From an uncultured Methanomassiliicoccales archaeon (GTDB taxonomy: Archaea > Thermoplasmatota > Thermoplasmata > Methanomassiliicoccales > UBA472), in assembly GCA_963695345.1 (NCBI GenBank), contig OY968769.1, forward strand, positions 2,208,001-2,272,000: 64,000 nucleotides of DNA, in the 5' to 3' direction. This document shows, piece after piece, positions 40,656 through 51,358 of this stretch (its first letter is position 1; each line of letters begins with the position of its first letter). The notes beneath the pieces are model-generated. The model saw only the letters and a program-made list of their open reading frames with translations, did no database searches and had not been told where the DNA came from. A program made the translations under genes and the position numbers.

Positions 40656-41628
40656 ATGACAGATTCTCTCCATCCTAAAGTCAGTGTGATAATCTCTTGC
40701 TACAAGGGGGAAAGATACTTAGAAAAATTTCTGGATAAGATCGTAGAGCAGACATGGTTCGACAAGATCGAGTTCATCATGGATCATAATTGCCCTTCTC
40801 AAAAGGAGCTGCAGATCATCAAAGATTTTACCTCGGAACATCCTGGACGGCTAAAGCACTTCGTTAGAGAACAAGTGGTCCCCTATGGTGCTTCCTGGAA
40901 TAAATGTATCATAGAATCGTCCGCCGATATCATCGCCAATTGGAATGTTGACGATGTCAGAACCAGGGATTCCATTGAGATCCAGGCAAGACCGATCTTG
41001 GAGGATGAAGCCGATCTTGTTTTTGGGGATTATACAAAGGTCAACCATTTCGGCTCGGAGATCGGAGAAAGAATATCGGTTTCTCAAATTGACCCATACT
41101 ATTACTCGAGAAAGTTTTGCTTCGGTCCTTTCTTAATGTTCAACAAAAATATATGCAAAAAGATAGGTTATTTCGACGAACAATTGAGATCTGGTTCAGA
41201 TTTTGATTTTGGTATCCGGGCCGCCTTATTCTCGAGGATCAAAGTCGATCAACATGACCCTTGGTTATTTCTTGGATGAAAGGAAGGGACTGAGCACAAG
41301 GCCTGACAGCAAGAAGATGATAGAGGATACCGTCATCGGTCTTAGATACGGCAACTATGACGGCCTGTTCTATCACAAAATACCAGAGGCCCTGCGATAT
41401 GACATTACTTCGATAAGATATCTCGATAAGTGTATTCCATTGAAGGATATCATCCCAAATTATGAAATGCTGGTCAAGAAAAGGAAAATGGAATCCATCC
41501 TGAAAGGCCCCAAGTCCTTCATCCTATTGGGACTGGATCAATTTAAGACAACGACATTCATCATAACGCTCAGACATGATAGGCGATCCGCCAGGTCGAT
41601 CCGGAAATGGGGTTCAAAGCCATCATAG
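40656..41628 (+). CDS. Glycosyltransferase family 2 (frameshift ~41245); paralog of 48571-49485
   Basis: PKVSVIISCY, WNVDD, GYFDEQL.SG.DFDF. Confidence 0.85.
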
Positions 41629-41718
41629 TCAATCAGTCTGACAGATGAACCAGTCGACCTATCTTAGATCAACTCGTCACCAACATGGCAATTTCGGTAT
41701 CGAGGGGACTGGAAACCG

Positions 41719-42749
41719 CTACTGGTCCCGGTAGGCTGGGAAAAAGTTGGCATCTCTTACGCTGCCGCCGTTCCCAGATGCGTACTTGTTGTATTTCTCA
41801 CTGTCATATATCTGCTTTGAAATATTGAATTGCAGTACGTTCTTTGAGAACGTTTTCTTGAATCTCTTTAGACCTGGCCTCGTGGAGATCCCCCTCCAAG
41901 ATTCAACGCATGGCATCCCCTTTGTTTATAGTAATTTGCCGTGTCAAAAATGAGCTTGTTATTCACCCCAACTTCGTTGGAAATGTCACTTCCAGTCAAG
42001 AAGTAGGTGGAGATACCGGTAAACTCAAGACCAATCGCTCCGGATATCATTTTGTCTCCATGGTAACATTGCAGCAATTGTGCCTCATTGATCTTCAACA
42101 GTGAATCGATGAACTTGTGGGAGAATCGATATTTCGATTCCGCCTCGGTCCTGATCATTGTGTCTGAATACAGTCTGAAAAATTCGGATACCTCATCATT
42201 TGACTTGCCCGTGCGGAATTCCAATCCATTCTCATTTGCCATCCTGATATGTACTCTGCATTGCCTATCTAGGTCCTTCTGCCAATCATGTCCTTCCGCG
42301 AGATTCATCACGACGATCTCCCCGGCCTTTTGCGAAGACATATACTGCATACCCTGAAGATCTGCGAGGAACGGATGCATTCGGAAAAAGCCCGAAACAT
42401 ACTCTGAATCGATCATGGATGAAGTGAACATCTGACCGAAAAGGGTCCAAGTAGATTCATCCGCTGGCATGTTGGAAAGCGGGCCAGCATACCCATATGG
42501 TGATATTATATCATAGTCGTCATTTTCGGCCAGGGGAATCTTCCGAACAATGAACGGATCGATTATCGTTACCTCCTTGTTACGAAACACCGCCAGTTTC
42601 GGATTCCCGAACATGGGGTTTTCACTTTCAGGATTATTGAAGCAATTGCAGTAATCATGAGAAAACGAGAAATCGAATACCGGGAACTCTCCTAGCACTT
42701 CCTCCCATTCTCGTTTGTTTTCGATCCCAATTATCTCGAAATCAACCAT
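41719..42749 (-). CDS. GNAT/FemAB-like acyltransferase, copy B (frameshift ~41890 in a G run)
   Basis: Highly similar to 39488-40519 along its whole length. Confidence 0.85.
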
Positions 42750-42902
42750 TTTCGCCTGACCTGTTATGAAGTTGAGTTTAAAAATGGTTTGTAGTCAGAT
42801 ATGAAATAAGTTATTCTCAAATTAGGAATTGATGAGCGGCGATGATACGTACGTTTCAGTGACTGGTCTATGTCCATTCTCCAACGACACATCGGTCTCA
42901 TT

Positions 42903-44039
42903 TCATCCTTGACGTCTCTCTCCAAAGTAATCCTTGACACCCTCGGCCACCGCATCGATCTCCTCGATCGTCATCTGCGGATACATCGGCAATGACAGGA
43001 CCTTCGACGATATGTTACGCGTGTTCGGCAGTTCGATCGGATTTCCCTTGAACACCGAATAGAGGTGGGATGGATCGAAGTACACCCTGGAAGAGATCCC
43101 TCTTCCCTCCAGGTACTTCATCAGGCCATCTCGGGTTTCCTTTCCTCCGTTGACCGTTATCGTGAAAAGTTGGTGCACATGGTAGCTATCCTCCGGTATG
43201 GCCGGAACCTCTACCCCATCGATCAATGAAAGCCTCTTTCCGTATTCTTGGGCGACCGCTCTCCGCATCCCGATCAGCCTATCCACCTTGGCCAGCTGGG
43301 ACAAACCCAGGGCGGCATTCATGGAAGGCATTCGCCAATTGTATCCTACATTAACGTAATCGACGAACGTCGGATTCTTGAAGTAATCTCCCTGGACCAC
43401 ACGACCATATGATTGGATCAGTCTGAGCCGGTCATAGACCGGCTTCTGATCGGTGACGACACATCCCCCCTCCCCAGTGCTGAATATCTTGTTATGGCAG
43501 AAACTGAAGATCGCCGAATCGCCGATGGTTCCTATCATCTTGTCCCCCTTCTGGGCGCCGAACGCCTCCGCGGCGTCCTCGATCAACAATATATCATGCC
43601 TTTCGCAGATCTCCTTCAGCTGGAACGCCTGGCATGGAAGGCCGCCATAGTGGATGGGTATGATCGCCTTCGTCCTGGGGGTTATCCTTTTCTCAACGTC
43701 GGCGGGATCCAGACCGAACGTTAGTTCCTCGATGTCTGCGAACACCGGTTCCGCGCCGACGTACATCGGCGCGTACGCCGTGGCGATATAAGTGAACGAA
43801 GGAACGATGACCTCGTCTCCGGGACCGATCCCATGCGCCAGCATCAGCGCGTGTAGCGCCGACCCGCCCGAGTTGAAGGTTACGCAATAGCGTGAGCCAA
43901 TCTTTTCGCAGATCGCCTTCTCGAACAACTCGATCTGGGGACCTATGCACCACTGCATCCCTGACCTGATCACATCGGTGACTGCTTTGACGTCATCCTC
44001 ATCATTGTAGATCTTGAATAATGGAACATTGATGGACAC
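42903..44039 (-). CDS. DegT/DnrJ/EryC1/StrS PLP-dependent sugar aminotransferase
   Basis: NSGGSALH, GDEVIVPSFT, IEDAAEA, FSFCHNKIFSTGEGG, GYNWRM, LSLPMYP. Confidence 0.95.
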   Translation of the reverse strand: MSINVPLFKIYNDEDDVKAVTDVIRSGMQWCIGPQIELFEKAICEKIGSRYCVTFNSGGSALHALMLAHGIGPGDEVIVPSFTYIATAYAPMYVGAEPVFADIEELTFGLDPADVEKRITPRTKAIIPIHYGGLPCQAFQLKEICERHDILLIEDAAEAFGAQKGDKMIGTIGDSAIFSFCHNKIFSTGEGGCVVTDQKPVYDRLRLIQSYGRVVQGDYFKNPTFVDYVNVGYNWRMPSMNAALGLSQLAKVDRLIGMRRAVAQEYGKRLSLIDGVEVPAIPEDSYHVHQLFTITVNGGKETRDGLMKYLEGRGISSRVYFDPSHLYSVFKGNPIELPNTRNISSKVLSLPMYPQMTIEEIDAVAEGVKDYFGERRQG

Positions 44040-44435
44040 AGGTTCGCTCCCCTACGTATCGGAAGTGTATCAAGAACGACGGATATGGTTTTTCTGGATG
44101 CAATCCGGAGGATCGACGAACATGAGAAAAGACGCACTCTCGTCTGGTGATATCTCCTGTCAGCAATTCCTAAGCATTCATTCCACACTAAATGGATCAA
44201 GCAGATTCAGGATCGGATCATTCCCTAACCGGTTACCATTTGGCATGACGATATCCATGTGAAATCACTTTTGTTTTTCAATAGTAACAGCAAACTAAAT
44301 CAATCGGATACCGGATAGCAACTTGAAACGATGTGGATGCAACCTGCAGGTCATGATTTGTTCGGACCTAGGATTTCAAACCTGATGCTGGGGAAGAGAC
44401 CGAATTTCTCCGTGATGGATCCCTGAGGTCATGGC

Positions 44436-45489
44436 ATGGCTTTCGCATCCAGATTCAGAATTGGGGAGCGGTTCGTCGGTAACGGGGAAAAGGCATACAT
44501 CATCGCCGAGGCAGGGGTCAACCATAATGGGGACATCGAACTCGCGAAACGGCTCGTGGACGAAGCGAAGGCAGCTAACGCCGACGCGGTGAAATTCCAG
44601 ACCTGGAAGACTGAACTGGTGATCTCCCGGGAAGCCCCCAAGGCGGAATATCAAAGGACCGAGGTCGAAGAGAACCAATTCGACATGGTCAAGAAGCTCG
44701 AGCTTTCCGATGATGGGTTCCGGGAGATCAATGAGTATTGTCACAAAGTAGGGATCACTTTCCTTTCCACACCGTTCGACGAATACAGCGTGGACTTTCT
44801 GGAATCGCTGAACGTACCGGCTTACAAGATCTCGTCGACTGACACCAATAACCCGTTCATCCTGTCGAAGATCGCGGCGACCGGAAAACCGATCATACTG
44901 TCGAACGGGTATGTCCGACCTTGACCAGATAGATTGGGCGATCTCATTCCTGAGCGGCAAAGGCGTCACTGAACTGATACTTCTGCAGTGCACCACGTCA
45001 TATCCGGCCGAACATTCCACTTTGAACATCAGCGCCATGCCCTTCCTCCAAAAAAGATACGACGTGCCGGTCGGGCTGTCCGATCACAGTCCCGGCATAG
45101 TCGCCCCGATCGTCGCCATCAGCCTCGGCGCCTGCGTCATCGAGAAACATTTCACACTGGACAAGGACCTTCCCGGTCCCGACCACAAGGCGTCGTTAAG
45201 CCCCTTGGAACTGAACGAGCTGGTCACCGCGGTCCGCCTGGCGGAATCGACCCTGGGGAACCCGGAAAAGGCGATAATGAAGAACGAGGTGCAGATCAGC
45301 AAGGTCGCCCGGAGAAGCATATTCTCTTCCCGGGAGATATCGGAGGGAGAGATCATCGCGGAAGCGATGATCACTGCCAAGAGACCGGGCACCGGCATAT
45401 CGCCGATGCGCTTCGAGGAGGTCATCGGCAGGAGAGCGAAACGGAGAATAGCGGCGGACGAGATGTTGGATTGGGGAATGCTCGAATGA
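44436..45489 (+). CDS. neuB: N-acetylneuraminate/nonulosonate synthase (NeuB/LegI family), frameshift ~44905
   Basis: IIAEAGVNHNGD, DAVKFQT, FLSTPFD, CTTSYP, GLSDH, IEKHFTLD..LPGPDH, C-terminal SAF domain KRPGTGI. Confidence 0.92.
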
Positions 45490-46630
45490 GAAGGAAGGTC
45501 GTTTACATCACAGGAACGCGGGCCGACTACGGTCTCATGCGCGCCACGCTCCGGAGCATCGAATCCCGGCCAGAACTGGAACTGGTGATCGTCGTCACCG
45601 GCATGCACCTGATGGCCGAGTTTGGCACGACGATACTCACGATCGAGAAGGATGGTTTCCGGACCATCGTGGCGGAGGCCACCATCGAGAACGACAGGAA
45701 GCGATCGACCGCCAGGTTCCTGGGAAAGCTGACCATCGAGCTGGCTGATATCGTGGAACGGGAGATACCGGATGCGATCCTCGTGCTCGGGGACAGGGCG
45801 GAGATGCTGGCTGGGGCGATCGTCGGAACGTACATGAACATCCCCACCTTCCACATCCATGGCGGGGACGTCTCGTCCACGGTGGATAGCACGCCCGACA
45901 CGCGATAACGAAGCTTTCCCACATCCATCTGCCGGCGACGAAGACCTCGGCGGAAAGGATCCGTCAAGATGGGCGAGCGCGAGGACCGGGTATTCATCGT
46001 CGGCTCGCCGGACCTCGACGAGGTGATGAACGTCACTCCGATGTCCGGGACGGGCCCGGGAAGAGTACGGGCTGGATATCGACGATGAATATGTCATACT
46101 GGTGCAGCATGCCGTTTCCGTCGAGTCCGGTCAGGCAAAGAAGCAGATGGAGACGACGATCGAAGCGTCTGAAGGACCTGAACCTCCGGACCCTGGTGAT
46201 CTATCCCAACGCCGATGCCGGCGGCCGCAGCATGATCGAGGTGATCCATAAGGAGTGCCGGCAGCCACAGTTCACCGTTTTCCGGAGCCTTCCCCGGGAG
46301 CGATATCTGGCACTGCTGGCGAACGCCAAGGCGCTGGTCGGCAACAGCAGCAGCGGTATCGCCGAAGCCCCGTCATTGGGCGTCCCCTTCGTCAACATCG
46401 GCACGAGGCAGGAGGGGAGGGAAAGGGCGAACAATGTCATCGATGCGGACTATACCGAGGGATCGATCAAGAACGCTTTGGAAAAGGCCCTGTACGATGA
46501 GGAGTTCAGAACGGAAGTGGCCAAGCGCTTCAATCCCTACGGCGACGGGAAGACCGCGGACAGGATCGCCCGGATCATAGCCGAGATAGACCTGGACCCG
46601 GCCATCACCCAGAAGAGACTGACATACTGA
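45486..46630 (+). CDS. neuC: Hydrolysing NDP-sugar 2-epimerase (NeuC/LegG family), several frameshifts
   Basis: TGTRADYG, TGMHL, LGDR.EML, HIHGGD, YPNADAG, GNSSSGI.EAPS, NIGTRQ.GR, NPYGDG. Confidence 0.9.
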
Positions 46631-46699
46631 CCAGGACCGCCATTTTCGCGATGACCAGAGAGGGCATGACTTATACCTTCCTTCCCGATATCCCATCAC

Positions 46700-47389
46700 A
46701 TGTGTCCAAGGGTCATCGGTATCGTACCGGCCAGAGGCGGCAGCAAGCGGTTGCCGGGCAAGAACATGCGACGATTCGTGGACCGCCCTCTTATCGGGTG
46801 GACGATCGCCGCCGGGATGGGATGCAAGAGCATCGACACGCTGGTGGTGAGCACCGATGACCGGGACATCGCCGATTATTCTAGGAGCATAGGCGCCGAG
46901 GTGATCATGAGGCCGCCGGAGCTGGCCTCGGATACGTCACCGACCTTCGACGCCATCGAACATGTCATGCGAACGTTGAACGCGAACGGAGAGGACACGA
47001 TCGTGCTGCTGCAGCCTACCTCGCCTTTACGCACTGTGGAGGATATCGATTCCTGCCTCGACCTGCACCGAAAGGGATATCGTTCGGTCATAAGTGTGTG
47101 CGTCGTCGACCACAATCCATACTGGACCGTCAGGATGTCCGAAAAGGGGTTCGAACCGGCCTTCGGTTGGGAACTATTCTCGAAGGGGAGGAAGGACGGG
47201 TTCTACTGTCCGAACGGGGCGGTGTATGTCATATCCTGGAAGGACCTTCGGGAGACTAAGACGTTCTATTCGGAACAATCAATTCTGTATTCCATGCCCA
47301 AGGAACGGGGTATCGATATCGATGAGGAGCTAGACTTCATCCTCGCTGAGTTCTTGGCGTCAAGGAACGATCCCTCGGTCCGAACCTGA
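46700..47389 (+). CDS. neuA: CMP-nonulosonate (acylneuraminate) cytidylyltransferase
   Basis: PARGGSKRLPGKN, VSTDD, RPPELASD, LLQPTSPLR, NGAVY, IDID...DF. Confidence 0.92.
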   Translation: MCPRVIGIVPARGGSKRLPGKNMRRFVDRPLIGWTIAAGMGCKSIDTLVVSTDDRDIADYSRSIGAEVIMRPPELASDTSPTFDAIEHVMRTLNANGEDTIVLLQPTSPLRTVEDIDSCLDLHRKGYRSVISVCVVDHNPYWTVRMSEKGFEPAFGWELFSKGRKDGFYCPNGAVYVISWKDLRETKTFYSEQSILYSMPKERGIDIDEELDFILAEFLASRNDPSVRT

Positions 47390-47405
47390 TATGGGTCGGC
47401 AGCCC

Positions 47406-48385
47406 TTACATTGACCGGGCAAAGTCCCTGGCGTCAAACCTTCCCATCAGATATCGGTGGTCCCCGATCTCCACCCTCTTCCTCTCGGTGGTGATGGCGA
47501 AGGTACAATCGTTTTCCTGAAGGATCTTGAGAGTAGTGTCGTTAAAGCTTCCGAACGGATACGACATCACCCAGTAGTCCGGCTTTTCTCCCAGTACGTC
47601 CCTTATGAGGTCGAGGCTTGATGCAATCTCTTTTCGTTGTTCCGTTTCGGAAAGCGTCTCCATCCACCTGTGCGTCTGGCTGTGCCCTCCGATCTCCATG
47701 CCGTTCCTCGCCATCTCCTTCAGCTGGTCCCGGTTCAGGTAAAAGTCATTGGCCAGGTCCTCGCCGTCACAATCAAGCCATTTCTCTGAGAGCCGGCTGT
47801 ATACTTCCCGCCTCAGCTCGTCACCGAACACAAGCTGCATTGCCTCTTTGATGAACATCTCTTCCCTGGTCCCGTAGTCCCTTTTGTTCTTGTACGCGTC
47901 GAAATTCTTCTTGAGCGTGTCGGAAGCTTCCTCACCCTCGACATCTTGAACGATTCGTATGATATCGGCCAGGATCTCCTGGTAGTCACCCGTCCTGGCC
48001 ATTATGGCGTGGAGGCGGATGGGTATCGAGTATCTGGCGTTTATTGATCGTATCAGTGACTGGGAAGAAGCATCCCGATATCTTCCTCTCCCTAAGGATC
48101 GGGAATACCACCTCATAGTGATCGATGAGCCCGTCATCGAACGTCAATATGCATGAGTTCGGAGGAATGTCCTCCGGCGATCGAGCCCGGTACAGTTCCC
48201 TGAAACCGATAACATTGTAACTTTGCTCGTATCTGGTCCAGCTGTTTGCCGAACTCATCGACGGATAGCCCGTTTATGCACGGATACTTCGGGTTAGGGT
48301 CCCTCACGTAATGGTACATCACGATGGTCGACCGGGCCGATCTGAAGGAACTGGGATATCCCATCTCCGCCCTTGGATAAATCAT
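47406..48385 (-). CDS. Polysaccharide deacetylase (CE4), frameshifted
   Basis: VMYHYVR, LTFDDGLIDHY, EIGGHS.TH, SYPFG across three ORFs. Confidence 0.8.
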
Positions 48386-48570
48386 TCATGCAAGTAAACA
48401 GGAAGTGCGCCTGCCTAATATTGTTTTTTCGAGCTCCAAGTCACTCTTTCCTGGACCCAAATCAACTCTCCTGATTCTGCCCAATACTGCGGTCTGAGAG
48501 ACTATCGGCCCAACGATACTTCCAGTCCATTCTTGCAGATGGCGGCCAGAGACGTCTGTCTGAATCAAGC

Positions 48571-49485
48571 TCAACGAGAGGATGAATACCATCTTTTGTA
48601 TTGGTCGATTTCCATCAATACGTAAGACTTAGGTCCTTTCAAGATCGATTCCCTCATCCTACTCCATATAAGGCTCTCATAGTCTGGAATCAAATCCTTC
48701 AGTGGAACGCGCTTCCCAAGGTATTCTATCGAACTTATGTCATACCGTCGGGCATCCAATATCTTGTGGTAGTATAGGCAGTCATAGATACCGTACCTAA
48801 GACCAATGACCGTATCTTCGATCATTTTCTTTCCGTTGGTCTTTGTGCTCAGCCCTTTTCCTTCATCGAGAAAATAACCCAGGTTCTTGCCGATTGCTTT
48901 GATCCTCGTGAGCAGTGCCGCCCGGACACCGAAGTCATAATCAGCACCCGATTTCAGCTGTTCATCGAAATAGCCAATCTTTTTGCAAATATTTTTATTG
49001 AACATTAAAAATGGACCGAAGCAACACCTTCTCGAATAGAGAAATGGGTCAATTTGAGAGACCGATATTGTTTCTCCTTCTCCGAACCGAAGTGGTTTAC
49101 CTTTACATAGTCCCCAAAAACCAGGTCGGCTTCCCCTTCCAGTATCGGTCTTGCTTGGACCTCGATCGAATCATTGGACCTGATGTCGTCGACATTCCAA
49201 TTGGCGATGATGTCAGTGGACGATTCCAAGATACATTTGTTCCAGGAGGCTCCGTAAGGTACAACCTCATCTCGAACGAAATGTCTCAGCCGTCCCGGAT
49301 GTTCCAGGTTGAATCTCTCGATCGATATCCAATTCTTTCCTAGATGGGCAATTATGGTCCATGATGAACTCGACGCGATCGAACCAGGACTGCTCCTCGA
49401 TCTTTTCCAGGAACCTTTCCAGATATCTTTCAGCTCTATAGCAGGAAATGATCACGCTGACTTTCGGCTGATGAGGTTCCTTCAT
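48571..49485 (-). CDS. Glycosyltransferase family 2 (frameshifted); paralog of 40656-41628
   Basis: PKVSVIISCY, WNVDD, GYFDEQLKSGADYDF. Confidence 0.8.
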
Positions 49486-49697
49486 TCTTATCTAGACCGA
49501 TACTACGTCCAGGACATTAATTACCCTATCATCCCTGGACCTCTTGAGCGTTGATCGATGGGCGAATCATCGCTCCTGCCTCTCACCTGACGAATGCAAA
49601 TATCAAATAAGCGTTCGACTGAATTGAACGGGCCAGATCATTGTCCAATGCTAGTTGTCCAACGATAACATTTGTGAATGGCCGATTTCCCGTTTCG

Positions 49698-51194
49698 TCA
49701 TGGTTTTGCGAAGATGGCGTTGAGCGCATCTGCGATCCTTTTCCCATCGTCATCGGTCAATCCAACGAAGCTGTATTCGTAATCACGTCCTTCGGTCCAT
49801 ATGGTATTGGCGTAGACCTTACGAACGAAATCTTCGATGATCATGGGTTCTCTCTCATGTTTCTTCATTATAACATCCATAATGACCTGTGGCAAGGTGT
49901 TGATGTCCCGGACCACATGGCATAGATTATCGTCACAATAGAAATCATGTCCAAATGCGATCACTGGCTTGTTATGTATGAGGGCTTCCCAGCCCATGGT
50001 GGAATTCAGAGTTATCACACCGCTGGAATTCATTATCAGGGGCAGAGGATAAGCACTGGGCGGCACCAGCGATACATTGCCTAGTTCCTTCATTTTCAGC
50101 AGGTCAAACGTATCGATGTCGCTCCCGCCAAAGTGAGGATGTGGCTTCACGTACAGACTGTATCCTTGTGGGAGCGCTTTCGATATGGTTCTAATCAGGT
50201 TGAATTGATCCAAGAAAGGCTCCCTTATGGTCACCTGCGCGTCATAGACATAGTGAAACGGAAACAGGAAATATTTTTTTGTCGACAATTCATCGTCTAC
50301 CAGAAAAGGTATGATGTTGGCCCTTATCGATTGCATGAAGTGTTGGTAGGTATACTTCAGAAAATTTCTTCCATTGTAGTCATTGAAAATGTACGGTTCC
50401 AACGGAAATGCCTTTTTCACCTTCTTGATGTATGAATCGTAGCGGGCTAAGGAAATCATTCTAGGAATTTTGCTGGGAAATGAGGAGGTCTTCCATTTGT
50501 CGGTGCTGCGCTCGACCTCAGCGGAACCGATTATCGTTTTTCTATTGTACAACAACCTGATGGAGGCAATATCCTCGCCGGAAGAGGCGTTCCATACACA
50601 TGGACGGTTGAAATCCGACATGAACATTACGCCCCGTTTAGGGAATCGACTGTCCGTGAACCCGATGCAATGGATGCCCATCCTGATCGCAACATAATGG
50701 GCGGCCAGGGAAATGATGTCGTCCTCTAGAGTATTTATCAATGTATCAATATTATTTCTAGAATAGTGATCATAGAAGAATCTCACCAAACCACACAATA
50801 TCTGAGTTCTCTGATCATGAGAATGACTGGAGTAGTGCTTGTCCTTGTAGGTATAGTCGAGCTGTAAGAGGAAATCAAGGGATGTTCCAAGGTCTTCCTG
50901 GATCTTCTCGATCTGGCTTTCACTATGCTCAACATTCAGATAGCCTGTTTCATAGATCAGGGTGAGATCCTTCACCAGCGACACCAACTCCCTGAAGCCG
51001 TTGGTTATGGCCCCATATTCTTGTTCTCCGACCACATCTTTCAGTTGCTGTATATGGTGCACCTTAGGATCGATCCTCGAAATAATATATATTTGAGAAT
51101 CCGAGCTAAGATGACGTATCCATGGGAGTTTGCATAATACGTCCTCCCCAAATGGACCCGTCCCAATAATCACCGCAACACTATGCATTGCCAA
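49698..51194 (-). CDS. Capsule_synth/KpsS-like protein, possible ulosonic acid transferase
   Basis: YFLFPFHY..DA, LYVKPHP, VITLNSTMGWEALIHNKPVIAFG..FY. Confidence 0.7.
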   Translation of the reverse strand: MAMHSVAVIIGTGPFGEDVLCKLPWIRHLSSDSQIYIISRIDPKVHHIQQLKDVVGEQEYGAITNGFRELVSLVKDLTLIYETGYLNVEHSESQIEKIQEDLGTSLDFLLQLDYTYKDKHYSSHSHDQRTQILCGLVRFFYDHYSRNNIDTLINTLEDDIISLAAHYVAIRMGIHCIGFTDSRFPKRGVMFMSDFNRPCVWNASSGEDIASIRLLYNRKTIIGSAEVERSTDKWKTSSFPSKIPRMISLARYDSYIKKVKKAFPLEPYIFNDYNGRNFLKYTYQHFMQSIRANIIPFLVDDELSTKKYFLFPFHYVYDAQVTIREPFLDQFNLIRTISKALPQGYSLYVKPHPHFGGSDIDTFDLLKMKELGNVSLVPPSAYPLPLIMNSSGVITLNSTMGWEALIHNKPVIAFGHDFYCDDNLCHVVRDINTLPQVIMDVIMKKHEREPMIIEDFVRKVYANTIWTEGRDYEYSFVGLTDDDGKRIADALNAIFAKP

Positions 51195-51358
51195 TCACAT
51201 TGGGTATTTCATTATACATTTTTTGTCTAATGACATCGATTTTCCAACTATAGACCATTCATTCCTGACAAATGGTCTGTTTTATTACTAAAAGCTAAAA
51301 TATTATACAATTTATCCAACACCTGCAAAGCAATGGATGAACATTGAGCATCTTGTGA

